In this document: positions 20,458 to 34,082 of the stretch, one piece after another
Numbering within the stretch: the first letter of the stretch is position 1
How the letters are laid out: each line of letters opens with the position of its first letter
Origin: an uncultured Gemmatimonadales bacterium
GTDB lineage: Bacteria > Gemmatimonadota > Gemmatimonadetes > Gemmatimonadales > GWC2-71-9
Reading direction: 5' to 3'
NCBI GenBank assembly: GCA_963773095.1
Contig: CAVYZY010000002.1
Span: 267,649-331,648 of the forward strand
Length of the DNA stretch: 64,000 nt
Notes under the pieces: generated by a model
Told to the model about the DNA's origin: nothing
Database searches by the model: none
The model's input: only the letters and a program-made list of their open reading frames with translations
Translations under genes and position numbers: made by a program

Positions 20458-21071
20458 GCGAGATCGACCCCGGGGCGCCCGGATCGCCGGTGGTGTCGGC
20501 GGTGTCGCCCAACTTCATGACCACGAGCCTCGATTTTCTGGCCAACTGGGCCCGGACGGGGTCGCTCTGGCCGATGCCCTTCGGGACCGCCTGCTGCGCC
20601 ATCGAGTTCATGGCGACGGCCGCGTCCCGCTACGACATCTCTCGCTTCGGCATGGAGCGCATGAGCTTCTCACCGCGGCAGGCCGACGTGCTCATCTGTG
20701 CGGGCCGGCTGCCGTTCAAGCTGGCCCCGGTCATCCGGCGCGTGTGGGACCAGATGCCGCAGCCCAAGTGGGCCATCTCCATGGGCGCCTGCGCCTCGTC
20801 GGGCGGGATCTTCGACAACTACGCGATGGTGCAGGGCATCGACACGATCATCCCGGTGGACGTGTACGTGCCAGGCTGCCCGCCGCGTCCGGAAGGGCTG
20901 CTCTACGGCGTCATGCTGCTGATGAAGAAGATCCGGGGCGAAAGCTTCACGGACGACTTTCTTCGCCGGGAGCAGACCATCGGGGCCAACGGTCTGTACC
21001 TCCCGCCCGACCTGATCGACGAGCTGTCGGAGCCCTTCGGCAACTCCGTGTCCCAGACTCGATCCACGTGA
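20448..21071 (+). CDS. nuoB: NADH-quinone oxidoreductase subunit B
   Basis: [17 protein letters not shown] and VPGCPPRPE (N2 cluster ligands). Overlaps the nuoA end by 10 nt. Confidence 0.92.
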   Translation: MGLSEIDPGAPGSPVVSAVSPNFMTTSLDFLANWARTGSLWPMPFGTACCAIEFMATAASRYDISRFGMERMSFSPRQADVLICAGRLPFKLAPVIRRVWDQMPQPKWAISMGACASSGGIFDNYAMVQGIDTIIPVDVYVPGCPPRPEGLLYGVMLLMKKIRGESFTDDFLRREQTIGANGLYLPPDLIDELSEPFGNSVSQTRST

Positions 21072-21688
21072 CGGCGACGCTCTCTCCCTCGGTCGCGCCG
21101 CTCCGGCGGGAGTTCGGCGAGGCCATCGAGCGCCACCTCGTCTCCTGCGGCGACACGATCGTCTATGCGTCGCGCGAGCGGGTGCACGACGTGCTCGAGT
21201 GGCTCAAGGAAACCCCGGACCAGGGCTACAACTACCTCACCGACATCACGGCGGTGGACTACCGTGACCCGGAGCGCCCGCTCGAGGTCGTCTGGCAAGT
21301 GCGTGCCCTGGACCGTCCGGTCGACCTCCGGGTCAAGGTGGCGCTGCCGGCCGACCAGCCGCTCGAAGTGCCGACGGTGTGGGACCTGTGGCGGGGGGCC
21401 AACTGGCTCGAGCGCGAGGTATTCGACATGTTCGGCGTCCTGTTCATCGGCCATCCCGACCTGCGGCGCATCCTCATGTGGGAGACGTACGCGGAGGGGC
21501 ACCCGCTCCGCAAGAGCTTCCCGCTGCGCGGCCACTTCAGCCGCTCGGAGCAGACCAGGCAGGCACTCGCCGCCAATCCCGAGGCGCACTACTCCCTCGA
21601 GGAACTGTCGATCGCCGAGGAGTACCGGAACCTGCCGCCCGACGTGCGCGAGCGGCTCAGGCAGGGCAAGCGGGGCTTCGTCGAATGA
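21068..21688 (+). CDS. nuoC: NADH-quinone oxidoreductase subunit C
   Basis: GTG 21068 overlaps the nuoB stop. [36 protein letters not shown]. Confidence 0.9.
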   Translation: MTATLSPSVAPLRREFGEAIERHLVSCGDTIVYASRERVHDVLEWLKETPDQGYNYLTDITAVDYRDPERPLEVVWQVRALDRPVDLRVKVALPADQPLEVPTVWDLWRGANWLEREVFDMFGVLFIGHPDLRRILMWETYAEGHPLRKSFPLRGHFSRSEQTRQALAANPEAHYSLEELSIAEEYRNLPPDVRERLRQGKRGFVE

Positions 21689-22983
21689 ACACGCGTACGG
21701 TGGACGTGGCCCTCGGCACCTCGGGGCTCGATGCCCGCGGCCGGCCGATCACGGTGCCGCTCGGGTTGCAGGACACCGGCGAGTTCGAGGTGCCGGGCCA
21801 CTTCGACGAGGCCTTCGGCGCCGAGCACATGCTGATCAACATCGGGCCACAGCACCCCGCCACGCACGGCGTGCTGCGCCTGGTGCTGGAGCTCGACGGC
21901 GAGACAGTACGGCGGTGCATCCCGCACATCGGCTACCTGCACTCGGGCTTCGAGAAGCTGGGCGAGTACCGGCAGTACAACCAGATCGTGCCGCTCACCG
22001 ACCGCACCGACTACCTGTCGCCGATGGCGAACAACGTCTGCCTGGCGCTGGCGGTCGAGAAGCTCATGGGGATCGAGATCACTGAGCGCTGCACGGTGCT
22101 GCGGGTGATCGCCTGCGAGATGAGCCGCATCATCTCGCACCTCGTGTGGCTGGGCACGACGGGCATCGATCTCGGCGCCTTCACGCCGTTCCTGTGGGCG
22201 TTCCAGGAGCGGGAGCGGATCTACAACCTGCAGGAAGCGTGGACCGGCGCGCGCCTCACGACGAGTCTCACGCGGGTCGGCGGGCTGATGGCCGATATTC
22301 CCGACGGCTGGGACGCCGAGCTGCGTGACTTCTGCCGCACCTTTCCGGCGACGCTGGCCGAGATCGACTCCATGTTCACGCGCAACTCGATCTGGTGCGG
22401 GCGGACGCAGGGCGTGGGCGTGATCAGCGCGGACGATGCGACCAACTGCTCGCTCACCGGCCCGATGCTCAGGGCGAGCGGCGTGCCGTTCGACATGCGC
22501 AAGGACCGGCCGTACCTGGGCTACGAGACGTACGACTTCGACGTGCCGGTGGGCGAGCACGGCGACATCTACGACCGGTACCTCGTGCGCATGGAGGAGA
22601 TGCGCCAGGCGGTGCGGATCCTGGAGCAGGCGCTGGCGCGGCTCAAGCCCGGCCCCATCAACGTGGACGACCCGCGCGTGATCCTCCCACCCAAGTCGCG
22701 CGCCATGAGCGACATGGAGGCGATGATCTTCCACTTCAAGCAGGTGATGGAGGGGATCAAGCCGCCGGCAGGCGAGGCCTACCTGGGCATCGAGAACCCG
22801 AAGGGCGAGCTGGGCTACTACTTCGTCTCCGACGGCACGGCGAAGCCGGTACGCTGGCGGATCCGGCCGCCCTCCTTCCTGAACCTTTCCGCGCTGTCCC
22901 GCCTGTGCGAGGGCGCGCTCCTGTCCGACGTGATCGCGATCAACGCGAGCATCGACATCGTCATGGGAGAGATCGATCGATGA
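21685..22983 (+). CDS. nuoD: NADH-quinone oxidoreductase subunit D
   Basis: INIGPQHPATHGVLRL, GYLHSGFEKL, and a C-terminal DIVMGEIDR. ATGA overlap with nuoC. Confidence 0.93.
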   Translation: MNTRTVDVALGTSGLDARGRPITVPLGLQDTGEFEVPGHFDEAFGAEHMLINIGPQHPATHGVLRLVLELDGETVRRCIPHIGYLHSGFEKLGEYRQYNQIVPLTDRTDYLSPMANNVCLALAVEKLMGIEITERCTVLRVIACEMSRIISHLVWLGTTGIDLGAFTPFLWAFQERERIYNLQEAWTGARLTTSLTRVGGLMADIPDGWDAELRDFCRTFPATLAEIDSMFTRNSIWCGRTQGVGVISADDATNCSLTGPMLRASGVPFDMRKDRPYLGYETYDFDVPVGEHGDIYDRYLVRMEEMRQAVRILEQALARLKPGPINVDDPRVILPPKSRAMSDMEAMIFHFKQVMEGIKPPAGEAYLGIENPKGELGYYFVSDGTAKPVRWRIRPPSFLNLSALSRLCEGALLSDVIAINASIDIVMGEIDR

Positions 22984-23498
22984 GCCACGCAGCAGCGCAC
23001 GGTGACGGCACCGTCACCTCGCACCTACCGGTCTTCACCGGCGAGTTGAAGGCGCGGCTCGAGGCCCTCTTTTCCGAGTACCCGACGAAGCAGGCCTGCC
23101 TGCTGCCGGCGCTCTGGATGGTGCAGGAAGCGCGCGGGTGGATTTCGGAGCCTGCCATGGCCGAGGTAGGCGAGGTGCTCGGCGTGACGCCGGCGTTCGT
23201 GAAGGGCGTGGTGACGTTCTACACGATGTACCACACGCATCCGGTGGGGCGGCACTTCATCCAGGTGTGCACCACGTCGCCCTGCGGCCTGTGCGGTGCG
23301 GAGGAGACGCTCCAGGCGATCCTGCGCGAGTCGGGCTGCGGCGAGCTGGGAGCCACGAGCCCGGACGGCCGGTTCACGGCGATCGAGGTGGAGTGCCTCG
23401 GCGCGTGCGGCTTCGCCACGCCGATCCTGGTGGACGATGACTTCATCGAGGGCGTGACTCCCGAGCGCGTTCCCGGCATTCTCGCCGCGTACAAATAG
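22980..23498 (+). CDS. nuoE: NADH-quinone oxidoreductase subunit E
   Basis: 172 aa. 2Fe-2S ligand pattern QVCTTSPCGLCGA ... ECLGACG. ATGA overlap with nuoD. Confidence 0.9.
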   Translation: MSHAAAHGDGTVTSHLPVFTGELKARLEALFSEYPTKQACLLPALWMVQEARGWISEPAMAEVGEVLGVTPAFVKGVVTFYTMYHTHPVGRHFIQVCTTSPCGLCGAEETLQAILRESGCGELGATSPDGRFTAIEVECLGACGFATPILVDDDFIEGVTPERVPGILAAYK

Positions 23499-23516
23499 GG
23501 GCAGACGAGCACACCC

Positions 23517-24824
23517 ATGGGCTATCCGCACCCGAGCCATCCGAAGGAAACGGTCCTCCTCTCGAAATACTTCGGGGATCCTGGCGCCCGCACGTATGCC
23601 GGCTGGGTCGAGCGCGGCGGCTATGCGGGCCTGCACAAGGCGCTGGCGATGCCGCGTGCCGACCTGATCGAGATGGTGAAGCAGTCGGGGCTCCGCGGCC
23701 GCGGCGGCGCCGGCTTTCCCACCGGCCTCAAGTGGTCCTTCATGCCGAAGGACGACGGCAAGCCGCATTACCTCGTGTGCAACGCCGACGAGTCGGAGCC
23801 CGGCACCTTCAAGGACCGCGAGATCCTGCGCTGGACCCCGCACGCGCTGATCGAGGGTTGTGCGATCGCCGCGTACGCGATCCAGGCGGAGCGCATCTAC
23901 GTGTACATCCGGGGCGAGTTCACCGAACCGTGGCGGGTGATGACCCGCGCGGTGGAGGAGGCGTACGCCAGCGGGGCGCTCGGGGCCAACGTATTCGGCA
24001 GCGGCCCCCGCATCGACCTCGTGCTGCATCGCGGCGCGGGCGCGTACATCTGCGGTGAAGAGACGGCGATGATGAACTCGATCGAGGGGAAGCGCGGCAA
24101 TCCCCGGATCAAGCCGCCGTTCCCGGCGCAGTCCGGCCTCTTCGGCATGCCGACCACGATCAACAACGTGGAGACGCTGAGCGCGGTGCCGCATATCCTG
24201 ACCCGCGGCGCCGAGTGGTACAAGGCCCTGTCGCTCAGCAGCCCGAAGAGCACCGGCACCAAGCTCTTCTCGGTGTGCGGGCACGTGCAGCGGCCCGGCA
24301 ACTACGAAGTGACGATGGGCACGCCGATGCGCGACCTCATCTTCGACATGGCCGGGGGCATGCGCCCGGGACGGACGCTCAAGGCGCTGATCCCCGGCGG
24401 CTCGTCGGTGCCGATCATGACGGCGGCCGAGGTGGAGGGCTGCGCGCTGGACTACGAGGGCATCGTGGCCAACGGGTCCATGCTCGGCTCGGGCGGCGTC
24501 ATCGTCATGGACGACAGCACCGACATGGTCCGGACCATCTGGCGCTACACCCGCTTCTACGCCCACGAGTCGTGTGCCCAGTGCACCCAGTGCCGCGAAG
24601 GCACGGCGTGGACCACGAAGGTCCTCGAGCGGATCCTCTCCGGGCGGGGCAAGCAGGAGGACCTGCAGCTGCTGCTCGACCTGGCCGACAACATGACCGG
24701 GAAGACGATCTGCGTGCTGAGCGACTCCTGTGCGGCGCCGGTGGTGAGCGGCATCCAGAAGTTCCGCGAGGAGTTCGACGCCTATATCGCGGGGGCGCGC
24801 CGCCCCGTCCTCGCCGCCGTATGA
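23517..24824 (+). CDS. nuoF: NADH-quinone oxidoreductase subunit F
   Basis: GLRGRGGAGFPTGLKW (FMN site), CNADESEPGTFKDR, ESCAQCTQCREG (N3 cluster). Confidence 0.94.
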   Translation: MGYPHPSHPKETVLLSKYFGDPGARTYAGWVERGGYAGLHKALAMPRADLIEMVKQSGLRGRGGAGFPTGLKWSFMPKDDGKPHYLVCNADESEPGTFKDREILRWTPHALIEGCAIAAYAIQAERIYVYIRGEFTEPWRVMTRAVEEAYASGALGANVFGSGPRIDLVLHRGAGAYICGEETAMMNSIEGKRGNPRIKPPFPAQSGLFGMPTTINNVETLSAVPHILTRGAEWYKALSLSSPKSTGTKLFSVCGHVQRPGNYEVTMGTPMRDLIFDMAGGMRPGRTLKALIPGGSSVPIMTAAEVEGCALDYEGIVANGSMLGSGGVIVMDDSTDMVRTIWRYTRFYAHESCAQCTQCREGTAWTTKVLERILSGRGKQEDLQLLLDLADNMTGKTICVLSDSCAAPVVSGIQKFREEFDAYIAGARRPVLAAV

Positions 24825-26398
24825 GCACAGACGTCACGGTCACCATCGACGGGATGCCGGTCACGGTGCCCGCCGGGACGATGATCATCGAGGCGGCCAA
24901 GCACGCCGGCGTGCTGGTGCCGCACTACTGCTACCACCCCTCGCTGCCGTCGCCGGCGGTATGCCGGATGTGCCTGGTGGAGGTGGAGAAGAGCCCGAAG
25001 CTGGTTCCCGCCTGTGTCACGCAGGTAGCGGAGGGCCAGGTGGTGCACGTGACCAGTGAGAAGGCGAAGGAAGCGCGGCAGGGGGTGCTGGAGTTCCTGC
25101 TGATCAACCACCCGCTCGACTGTCCCATCTGCGACCAGGCCGGCGAGTGCGAGCTGCAGGACTACGTCTTCCAGGAGGGGCGGGCCGGCACGCGGTACAG
25201 CGAGTACGCGAAGCGCTTCAACCCGGTGGAAGAGTTCGGCCCCGACGTGCTGTACGTGCCCAACCGCTGCATCCTCTGCACCCGGTGCGTGCGCTTCATG
25301 GACGACGTGGCCGGCGCGCCGGTGCTCAACGTGTCCGAGCGCGGGGATCGCGCGTACATCGGGATCGCGCAGGAGCAGCTGCTCGACCATCCCTGGGCCG
25401 GCAACGTGGTGGACCTCTGCCCGGTGGGCTCGCTGCTGTCGAAGGACTTCCTGCACAAGGCGCGGGCCTGGGACCTCGACAAGACAGCGAGCATCTGCCC
25501 GGGCTGCACCCAGGGGTGCAACATCAACATCGACACCCGCGACGACGTGGTGGTGCGGTTCCGCCCGCGGCCCAACCTCGACGTCAATCGCCATTTCATG
25601 TGCGACACCGGGCGGCAGGACTACCGCCGGCTCAATCGCGGTGACCGGATCGAGGCGCCGCTGATGCGCGAGGGCACGCGCCTGGTCGCGACCGGCTGGG
25701 ACACCGCGCTCGACCGCCTGGGGCAGCTGCTGGAGAAGGCCACGGGTTCGGTGGTGCTGCTCGCCTCGGGGCGCCTGAGCACCGAATCACTCGGCCTGGC
25801 GCGCCAGCTCGTGGCGGGACGCGACGTGGCGGCGGCGATCGGCGTGCCGATGGGCGACGAGCAGCCGCTGGCGGGGATCCCCAACCTGGCCCTGCGGCGT
25901 GAGCGCGTGCCCAACCTCCGGGGCGCGGAACTGACGGGCTACGTGGCCGGCACCGAGCGCGCGCTGGCGGCGATCCCGCGCGCGGCGCTGGTGATCGTGC
26001 TGGACGCCGAGCTCTCGCCCGACGAAGAGGCCCGCGTCGCGTCGTCGAGCGGCGCCGTGGTGTGGATGGGTACGGTGGCCCGCGACTCGTATCGCAACGC
26101 GCAGCTGGTGCTGCCGCTTACGACGATGGCGGAAGAGAACGGCACCTACGTGAACCGGGATGGCCGGGTGCAGCTCTTCCAGCAGGCGAGGGGCGCTCCC
26201 GGCATGGCGCGACCGGCGTGGTGGGTGGCCGGTGAGGTTCTGTCAGGACCGGGCCCGGACAGTGACACGCCCGGCACGGGCGCCGAGGCCTTTGCCGCGC
26301 TGGGGCAGTACTACCCGGCGTTTGCCGGCCTCTCACACGCCGATTTGGGCTTCACCGGGCGGGTGCTGCAGCCGCAGTTCGCCGAGGCGGCGCGATGA
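24821..26398 (+). CDS. nuoG: NADH-quinone oxidoreductase subunit G (short form, 525 aa)
   Basis: N-terminal 2Fe-2S Cys pattern (CYHPSLPSPAVCRMCLVEV...C), HPLDCPICDQAGEC, CILCTRCVRF and CPGCTQGC. ATGA overlaps with nuoF and nuoH. Confidence 0.88.
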   Translation: MSTDVTVTIDGMPVTVPAGTMIIEAAKHAGVLVPHYCYHPSLPSPAVCRMCLVEVEKSPKLVPACVTQVAEGQVVHVTSEKAKEARQGVLEFLLINHPLDCPICDQAGECELQDYVFQEGRAGTRYSEYAKRFNPVEEFGPDVLYVPNRCILCTRCVRFMDDVAGAPVLNVSERGDRAYIGIAQEQLLDHPWAGNVVDLCPVGSLLSKDFLHKARAWDLDKTASICPGCTQGCNINIDTRDDVVVRFRPRPNLDVNRHFMCDTGRQDYRRLNRGDRIEAPLMREGTRLVATGWDTALDRLGQLLEKATGSVVLLASGRLSTESLGLARQLVAGRDVAAAIGVPMGDEQPLAGIPNLALRRERVPNLRGAELTGYVAGTERALAAIPRAALVIVLDAELSPDEEARVASSSGAVVWMGTVARDSYRNAQLVLPLTTMAEENGTYVNRDGRVQLFQQARGAPGMARPAWWVAGEVLSGPGPDSDTPGTGAEAFAALGQYYPAFAGLSHADLGFTGRVLQPQFAEAAR

Positions 26399-27651
26399 CG
26401 CCGGAACTCAAGGGCTTCATCCTCGTCTCGGTGGTCAAGCTGCTCGCGATCTTCTCGATCACGATGGTGGCGGTGGCGTACATGACGCTGCTGGAGCGGA
26501 AGGTGTCGGCCTGGATGCAGAACCGGCTGGGCCCCAACCGCGTCGGGCCGGGCGGGCTGCTGCAACCGGTCGCCGACGGCATCAAGAACCTGATCAAGGA
26601 AGAAACCTTTCCGCTCACGGCCAACGGAGCGCTGTTCTTCATCGCGCCGGTCATGGCGTTCGTGCCGGCGCTGATCATCAGCGGCTTCATTCCGTGGGCC
26701 GCGCCGCTGCCACTGAATTTCGACGTGATCCTCCCCATCATCGGGCAGGTGTCGCACTCGGGCACCACGCCGATCGCGATCACCGACCTGCCGGTCGGAT
26801 TCCTCTACGTCCTGGCGATCACATCACTCGGCGTCTACGGCCTCGCGCTCGCCGGATGGGCCTCGAACAGCAAGTACAGCCTCATCGGCGGCCTCCGCGC
26901 CGCGGCGCAGATGGTGTCGTACGAGGTCGCGATGGGGCTCAGCGTGGTGCCGGTGCTCCTGCTGGCCGGCAACGTGTCGTTCAGCACCGTGGTGGAGGCG
27001 CAGCACCGCAGCTGGTTCATCGTGCCACTGTCGCTCGGCTTCATCCTGTTCTTCGTATCGGGCTTCGCCGAGACGAACCGGGCCCCGTTCGACCTGCCCG
27101 AGGCCGAGTCGGAACTGGTGGCCGGCTATCACACGGAATACAGCGCCTTCAAGTTCTCGATGTTCTTCATCGCCGAGTACGCGAACGTGCTGACCTCGTG
27201 CGCCATGACGGTGTCCCTGTTCCTGGGCGGGTGGGACATCCCGTTCACGAGCTGGGACGAGGTGCCGGGCGTGCTGCAGACGCTGGCGACGGGCATCGTG
27301 ATGGCGGCCAAGACCTCGATGCTGATCTTCGTGGTCATGTGGGTGCGGTGGACGCTGCCGCGCTTCCGGTACGACCAGCTGATGGCACTGGGCTGGAAGT
27401 TCATGCTGCCAGTGGCCCTCGGTTACATCGTGGTGGTCACGACCACCCTGTACCTGCTGCAGCACGTGGCGGGGATGACCTCGCTGCGCGCCGTGATGCT
27501 TGGGCTTGGCGGGGTGAGTGCCGTGCTCCTGCTTCTGCTCCTGTTCGTGATCGACCGGGGCATCCTGCTCAAGGGTTCGGGGTCGCGGCGCACCGAGCGC
27601 CCGCTGATCGCCGGCCGCATGCGGCCGGCTGCCGTGAGGGGAGAGGTCTGA
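26395..27651 (+). CDS. nuoH: NADH-quinone oxidoreductase subunit H (long form, 418 aa)
   Basis: LLERKVSAWMQNRLGPNRVGPGGLLQPVADGIK, ETNRAPFDLPEAESELVAGYHTEYS. Extra hydrophobic C-terminal segment and a basic tail. Confidence 0.92.
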   Translation: MTPELKGFILVSVVKLLAIFSITMVAVAYMTLLERKVSAWMQNRLGPNRVGPGGLLQPVADGIKNLIKEETFPLTANGALFFIAPVMAFVPALIISGFIPWAAPLPLNFDVILPIIGQVSHSGTTPIAITDLPVGFLYVLAITSLGVYGLALAGWASNSKYSLIGGLRAAAQMVSYEVAMGLSVVPVLLLAGNVSFSTVVEAQHRSWFIVPLSLGFILFFVSGFAETNRAPFDLPEAESELVAGYHTEYSAFKFSMFFIAEYANVLTSCAMTVSLFLGGWDIPFTSWDEVPGVLQTLATGIVMAAKTSMLIFVVMWVRWTLPRFRYDQLMALGWKFMLPVALGYIVVVTTTLYLLQHVAGMTSLRAVMLGLGGVSAVLLLLLLFVIDRGILLKGSGSRRTERPLIAGRMRPAAVRGEV

Positions 27652-28169
27652 TGGCGATCGGGGTGAAGGTGCTCCGCCGTCCGGAGCGCGAGATGAGCTA
27701 CCTCCGGGCCACGCTCAAGGGAATGGCACTCACGTTCCGGCACATGGGCCGGAAGGAGTTCACCATGCAGTATCCCGAAGAGCGGAGCGTGGACGACAAG
27801 CGCGGCACCTGGACCCTCTCGGCCCGGTGGCGCGGCACCCACCGCATGCTCACCGACGAGCAGGGCCGCGCCAAATGCGTGGCCTGCGGCCTCTGCCCGC
27901 AAATCTGCCCCTCCAACTGCATCAAGCTGATCCCGGGCGAGGACGAGGCGGGAAACCGCTATCCGCTCATCTACGAGATCGACGAGTTCCGCTGCGTGTT
28001 CTGCGGCTACTGCCAGGAAGTGTGTCCGGAGGAGGCGATCCACGTCGGCGTGCACTACGAGAACGCCGAGTATTCCCGGGAGCGCTTCGTGTACGACCTC
28101 GAGCGCCTCTGCTCGCAGACACACCCGGTGTCGACACTCTGGGATCCCGCCGACCCGAAGGGCGAATAG
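27651..28169 (+). CDS. nuoI: NADH-quinone oxidoreductase subunit I
   Basis: Two ferredoxin motifs, CVACGLCPQICP and CVFCGYCQEVCP. Only the last 172 codons of ORF 26160..28169 are the real gene. Confidence 0.92.
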   Translation: MAIGVKVLRRPEREMSYLRATLKGMALTFRHMGRKEFTMQYPEERSVDDKRGTWTLSARWRGTHRMLTDEQGRAKCVACGLCPQICPSNCIKLIPGEDEAGNRYPLIYEIDEFRCVFCGYCQEVCPEEAIHVGVHYENAEYSRERFVYDLERLCSQTHPVSTLWDPADPKGE

Positions 28170-28702
28170 TGCATACTGTCTTCTGGATCTTCTTCGCCGG
28201 CGCCGTGGTCTCGGCGGCCATGTGCATACTGCGGCGCAACCCGGTCAGCGCGGCGATGTGGCTCGTGGCCACGATGTTCTCGCTGGCCGGCATCTTCGTG
28301 ATCCTGGACGCGCCGTTCCTGGCGGCCATCCAGGTGCTGGTCTACGCCGGCGCGGTGATGGTGCTCTTCCTGTTCGTCATCATGCTGCTCAACCTCGACA
28401 TCAGGACGACCGACCTGCGGGGCTCGCTCAGCATCGCCGGGGCGGTGGCGGTCACCGGGCTGCTCGCGGTGGAACTGGGCGCGCTGTGGGCCTACACGCC
28501 GGAGCGACTGGCGCAGGAGCTCCTGCCGGCCGGCGCCACGGCATTTCCCGGGGCAATTCCGGCGGGCGCCGCGTCGGGCAACATCGTGCTCGACGTGGCC
28601 CGCCCGCTGTTCGATGCCTATCTCATCCCGTTCGAGGCGACATCGGTCCTGCTCCTGGCGGCGGTCGTCGGGGCGGTGGTGCTTGCGAAGCGGAGGATCT
28701 GA
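28169..28702 (+). CDS. nuoJ: NADH-quinone oxidoreductase subunit J
   Basis: GTG 28169. RNPVSAAMWLVATMFSLAGIFVILDAPFLAAIQVLVYAGAVMVLFLFVIMLL is the NuoJ signature. Confidence 0.88.
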   Translation: MHTVFWIFFAGAVVSAAMCILRRNPVSAAMWLVATMFSLAGIFVILDAPFLAAIQVLVYAGAVMVLFLFVIMLLNLDIRTTDLRGSLSIAGAVAVTGLLAVELGALWAYTPERLAQELLPAGATAFPGAIPAGAASGNIVLDVARPLFDAYLIPFEATSVLLLAAVVGAVVLAKRRI

Positions 28703-29007
28703 ATGGCCCCCGACCTGCTCGGCCCGACGCTCGCGCTGTCCGGCATCCTCTTCAGCATCGGGGTGCTGGGTGCACTGCTGCGGCGCAACGCGATCATCAT
28801 CTTCATGTGTGTGGAGTTGATGCTCAACGCGGTCAATCTCGCCTTCGTGGCCTTTGCCAGGTATTACGGCTTCGGCGGCCATGTGCTCGTTTTCTTCGTG
28901 ATGACGGTGGCGGCGGCTGAGGCGGCGGTGGGGCTGGCGATCATGCTGGCGCTGTTCCGCCACAACCAGACGCTGGACCTGCAGGACATCAATTTGCTGC
29001 ACGGCTG

Positions 29008-29008
<1 letters not shown>
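28703..29008 (+). CDS. nuoK: NADH-quinone oxidoreductase subunit K
   Basis: 101 aa. [12 protein letters not shown] ... [11 protein letters not shown]. Confidence 0.92.
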
Positions 29009-31020
<2,012 letters not shown>

Positions 31021-31026
31021 GCCGGC

Positions 31027-32576
<1,550 letters not shown>

Positions 32577-32577
<1 letters not shown>

Positions 32578-34082
32578 TGCCGATCGACCTCCGGTCCCCG
32601 TTCGGCGTGACCCTGGCGCTGCTGCCCGTGGTGCTCCTTACCACGTGGTCGCTCGTGGTCCTGCTCGTGGTCGCGTGGCGGCATGGCTCCGAGGAAGACA
32701 GCCGGCTGGCCGGCTGGCTGTCGGTGGCCGGCGTCCTCGGCGCGGCGGCGGCCACGCTCTGGCTCTGGCTGTCGGGCGCGGAGCGCGCGGGCCTGCCGCA
32801 CATGGTCTACCTCGACGCATACCGCTTCCTGAGCGAACTGCTCATCCTGTTCATCGCGGGCGCCACCTGCCTCCTGTCGCTCCGGTTCCTCGGCAAGCAG
32901 CGCCTGCTGGCGCCGGAGTACTACGTGCTGGTGCTGTTCGCGACCATCGGCATGCAGCTGATGGTCGCCTCGGCCGACTTCATCCTGCTGTTCCTCGGCC
33001 TCGAGGTGATGTCGATCTCGGTGTACGTGCTGGCGGGCTTCGACCGGTTCCGGCGCTCGTCGGCGGAGGCGGCGCTCAAGTACTTCCTCGTGGGCGCCTT
33101 CGCCTCGGGATTCCTGCTCTACGGCATCGCGCTGGTGTACGGGGCCACGGGGCAGACCAATTTCATCCTGATCGGCCAGCAGCTGGCGGGCAGCGACCGG
33201 TCGCTGCTGGCGCGTCTGGGGCTGGCGCTGCTGCTGGTCGGGTTCGCGTTCAAGACGGCGGCGGTGCCGTTCCACATGTGGGCGCCCGATGTCTATGACG
33301 GCGCGCCAACCCCGGTGACCGGCTTCATGGCAACCGGCGTCAAGACGGCGGCCTTCGTGGCGCTGGTACGCGTGCTGGCCGACGCGTTTCCCGCCTTCAC
33401 CGGGCTCTGGCAGCCGATCATCGCCGTGCTGGCCGTGGCCTCGATGATCGTCGGCAACGTTGTGGCCCTGGCGCAGGGCTCGCTCAAGCGGATGCTGGCC
33501 TACAGCTCGATCGCGCATGCCGGCTACCTGCTCGTGGGCGTCTGGACCGCGACCGACATGGGTCGCGCGGCCGTGCTCCTCTACCTGATCGCGTACAGCA
33601 TCACGTCGCTGGCGGCGTTCGGCATCATCACCGCGGTGGAACGGGTCGGTTCGCGCACCGTCATGCTGGAGGACGTCGAGGGCTTCTTCCGCGTGCGTCC
33701 GTGGGGTGCGCTCTCGATGGGCGTCTGCCTGCTGTCACTGCTCGGGTTCCCCGGCACGTTCGGGTTCATCGGCAAGTGGTATCTCATGACCGCGGCCATC
33801 GACCGCAACCAGCTGCTGCTGGCGGTGGTGATGGGGCTCGGCAGCCTGGTCTCCCTGGGCTACTACCTCCCCGTGGTCATGGCCATGACGATGAAGCCGG
33901 AGCGCACGCCGGATGCGCACCGGCAGGTGCTCTTCTCGCGCGCGGCCAAGGCGATCGTCGCGGTGGCGGTGATCGCGAACCTGCTCTTCGGGGTCTGGCC
34001 CCGGAAGGTGGTGGAGCTGGCGCGCGGCGCCGCGAGCCACATGAGCGCCCAGTCAGCGCAGCGCCCGGCCAACGACCGGTGA
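32577..34082 (+). CDS. nuoN: NADH-quinone oxidoreductase subunit N
   Basis: 501 aa from ATG 32577 (TGATG junction with nuoM). LGLEVMSISVYVLAG, AAVPFHMWAPDVYDGAPTPVTGF. Confidence 0.9.

Noticed and set aside
26160-28169. 669-aa plus-strand ORF spanning the nuoG end, nuoH and nuoI
   Set aside because: Only the last 172 codons (from ATG 27651) match NuoI. The upstream part is an alternative frame of nuoG/nuoH with Arg/Gly/Pro-rich nonsense sequence. The same logic applies to the other over-long ORF-track entries: 43330..44856, 49294..50847, 47846..49234, 33701..35449 and 14834..16006.
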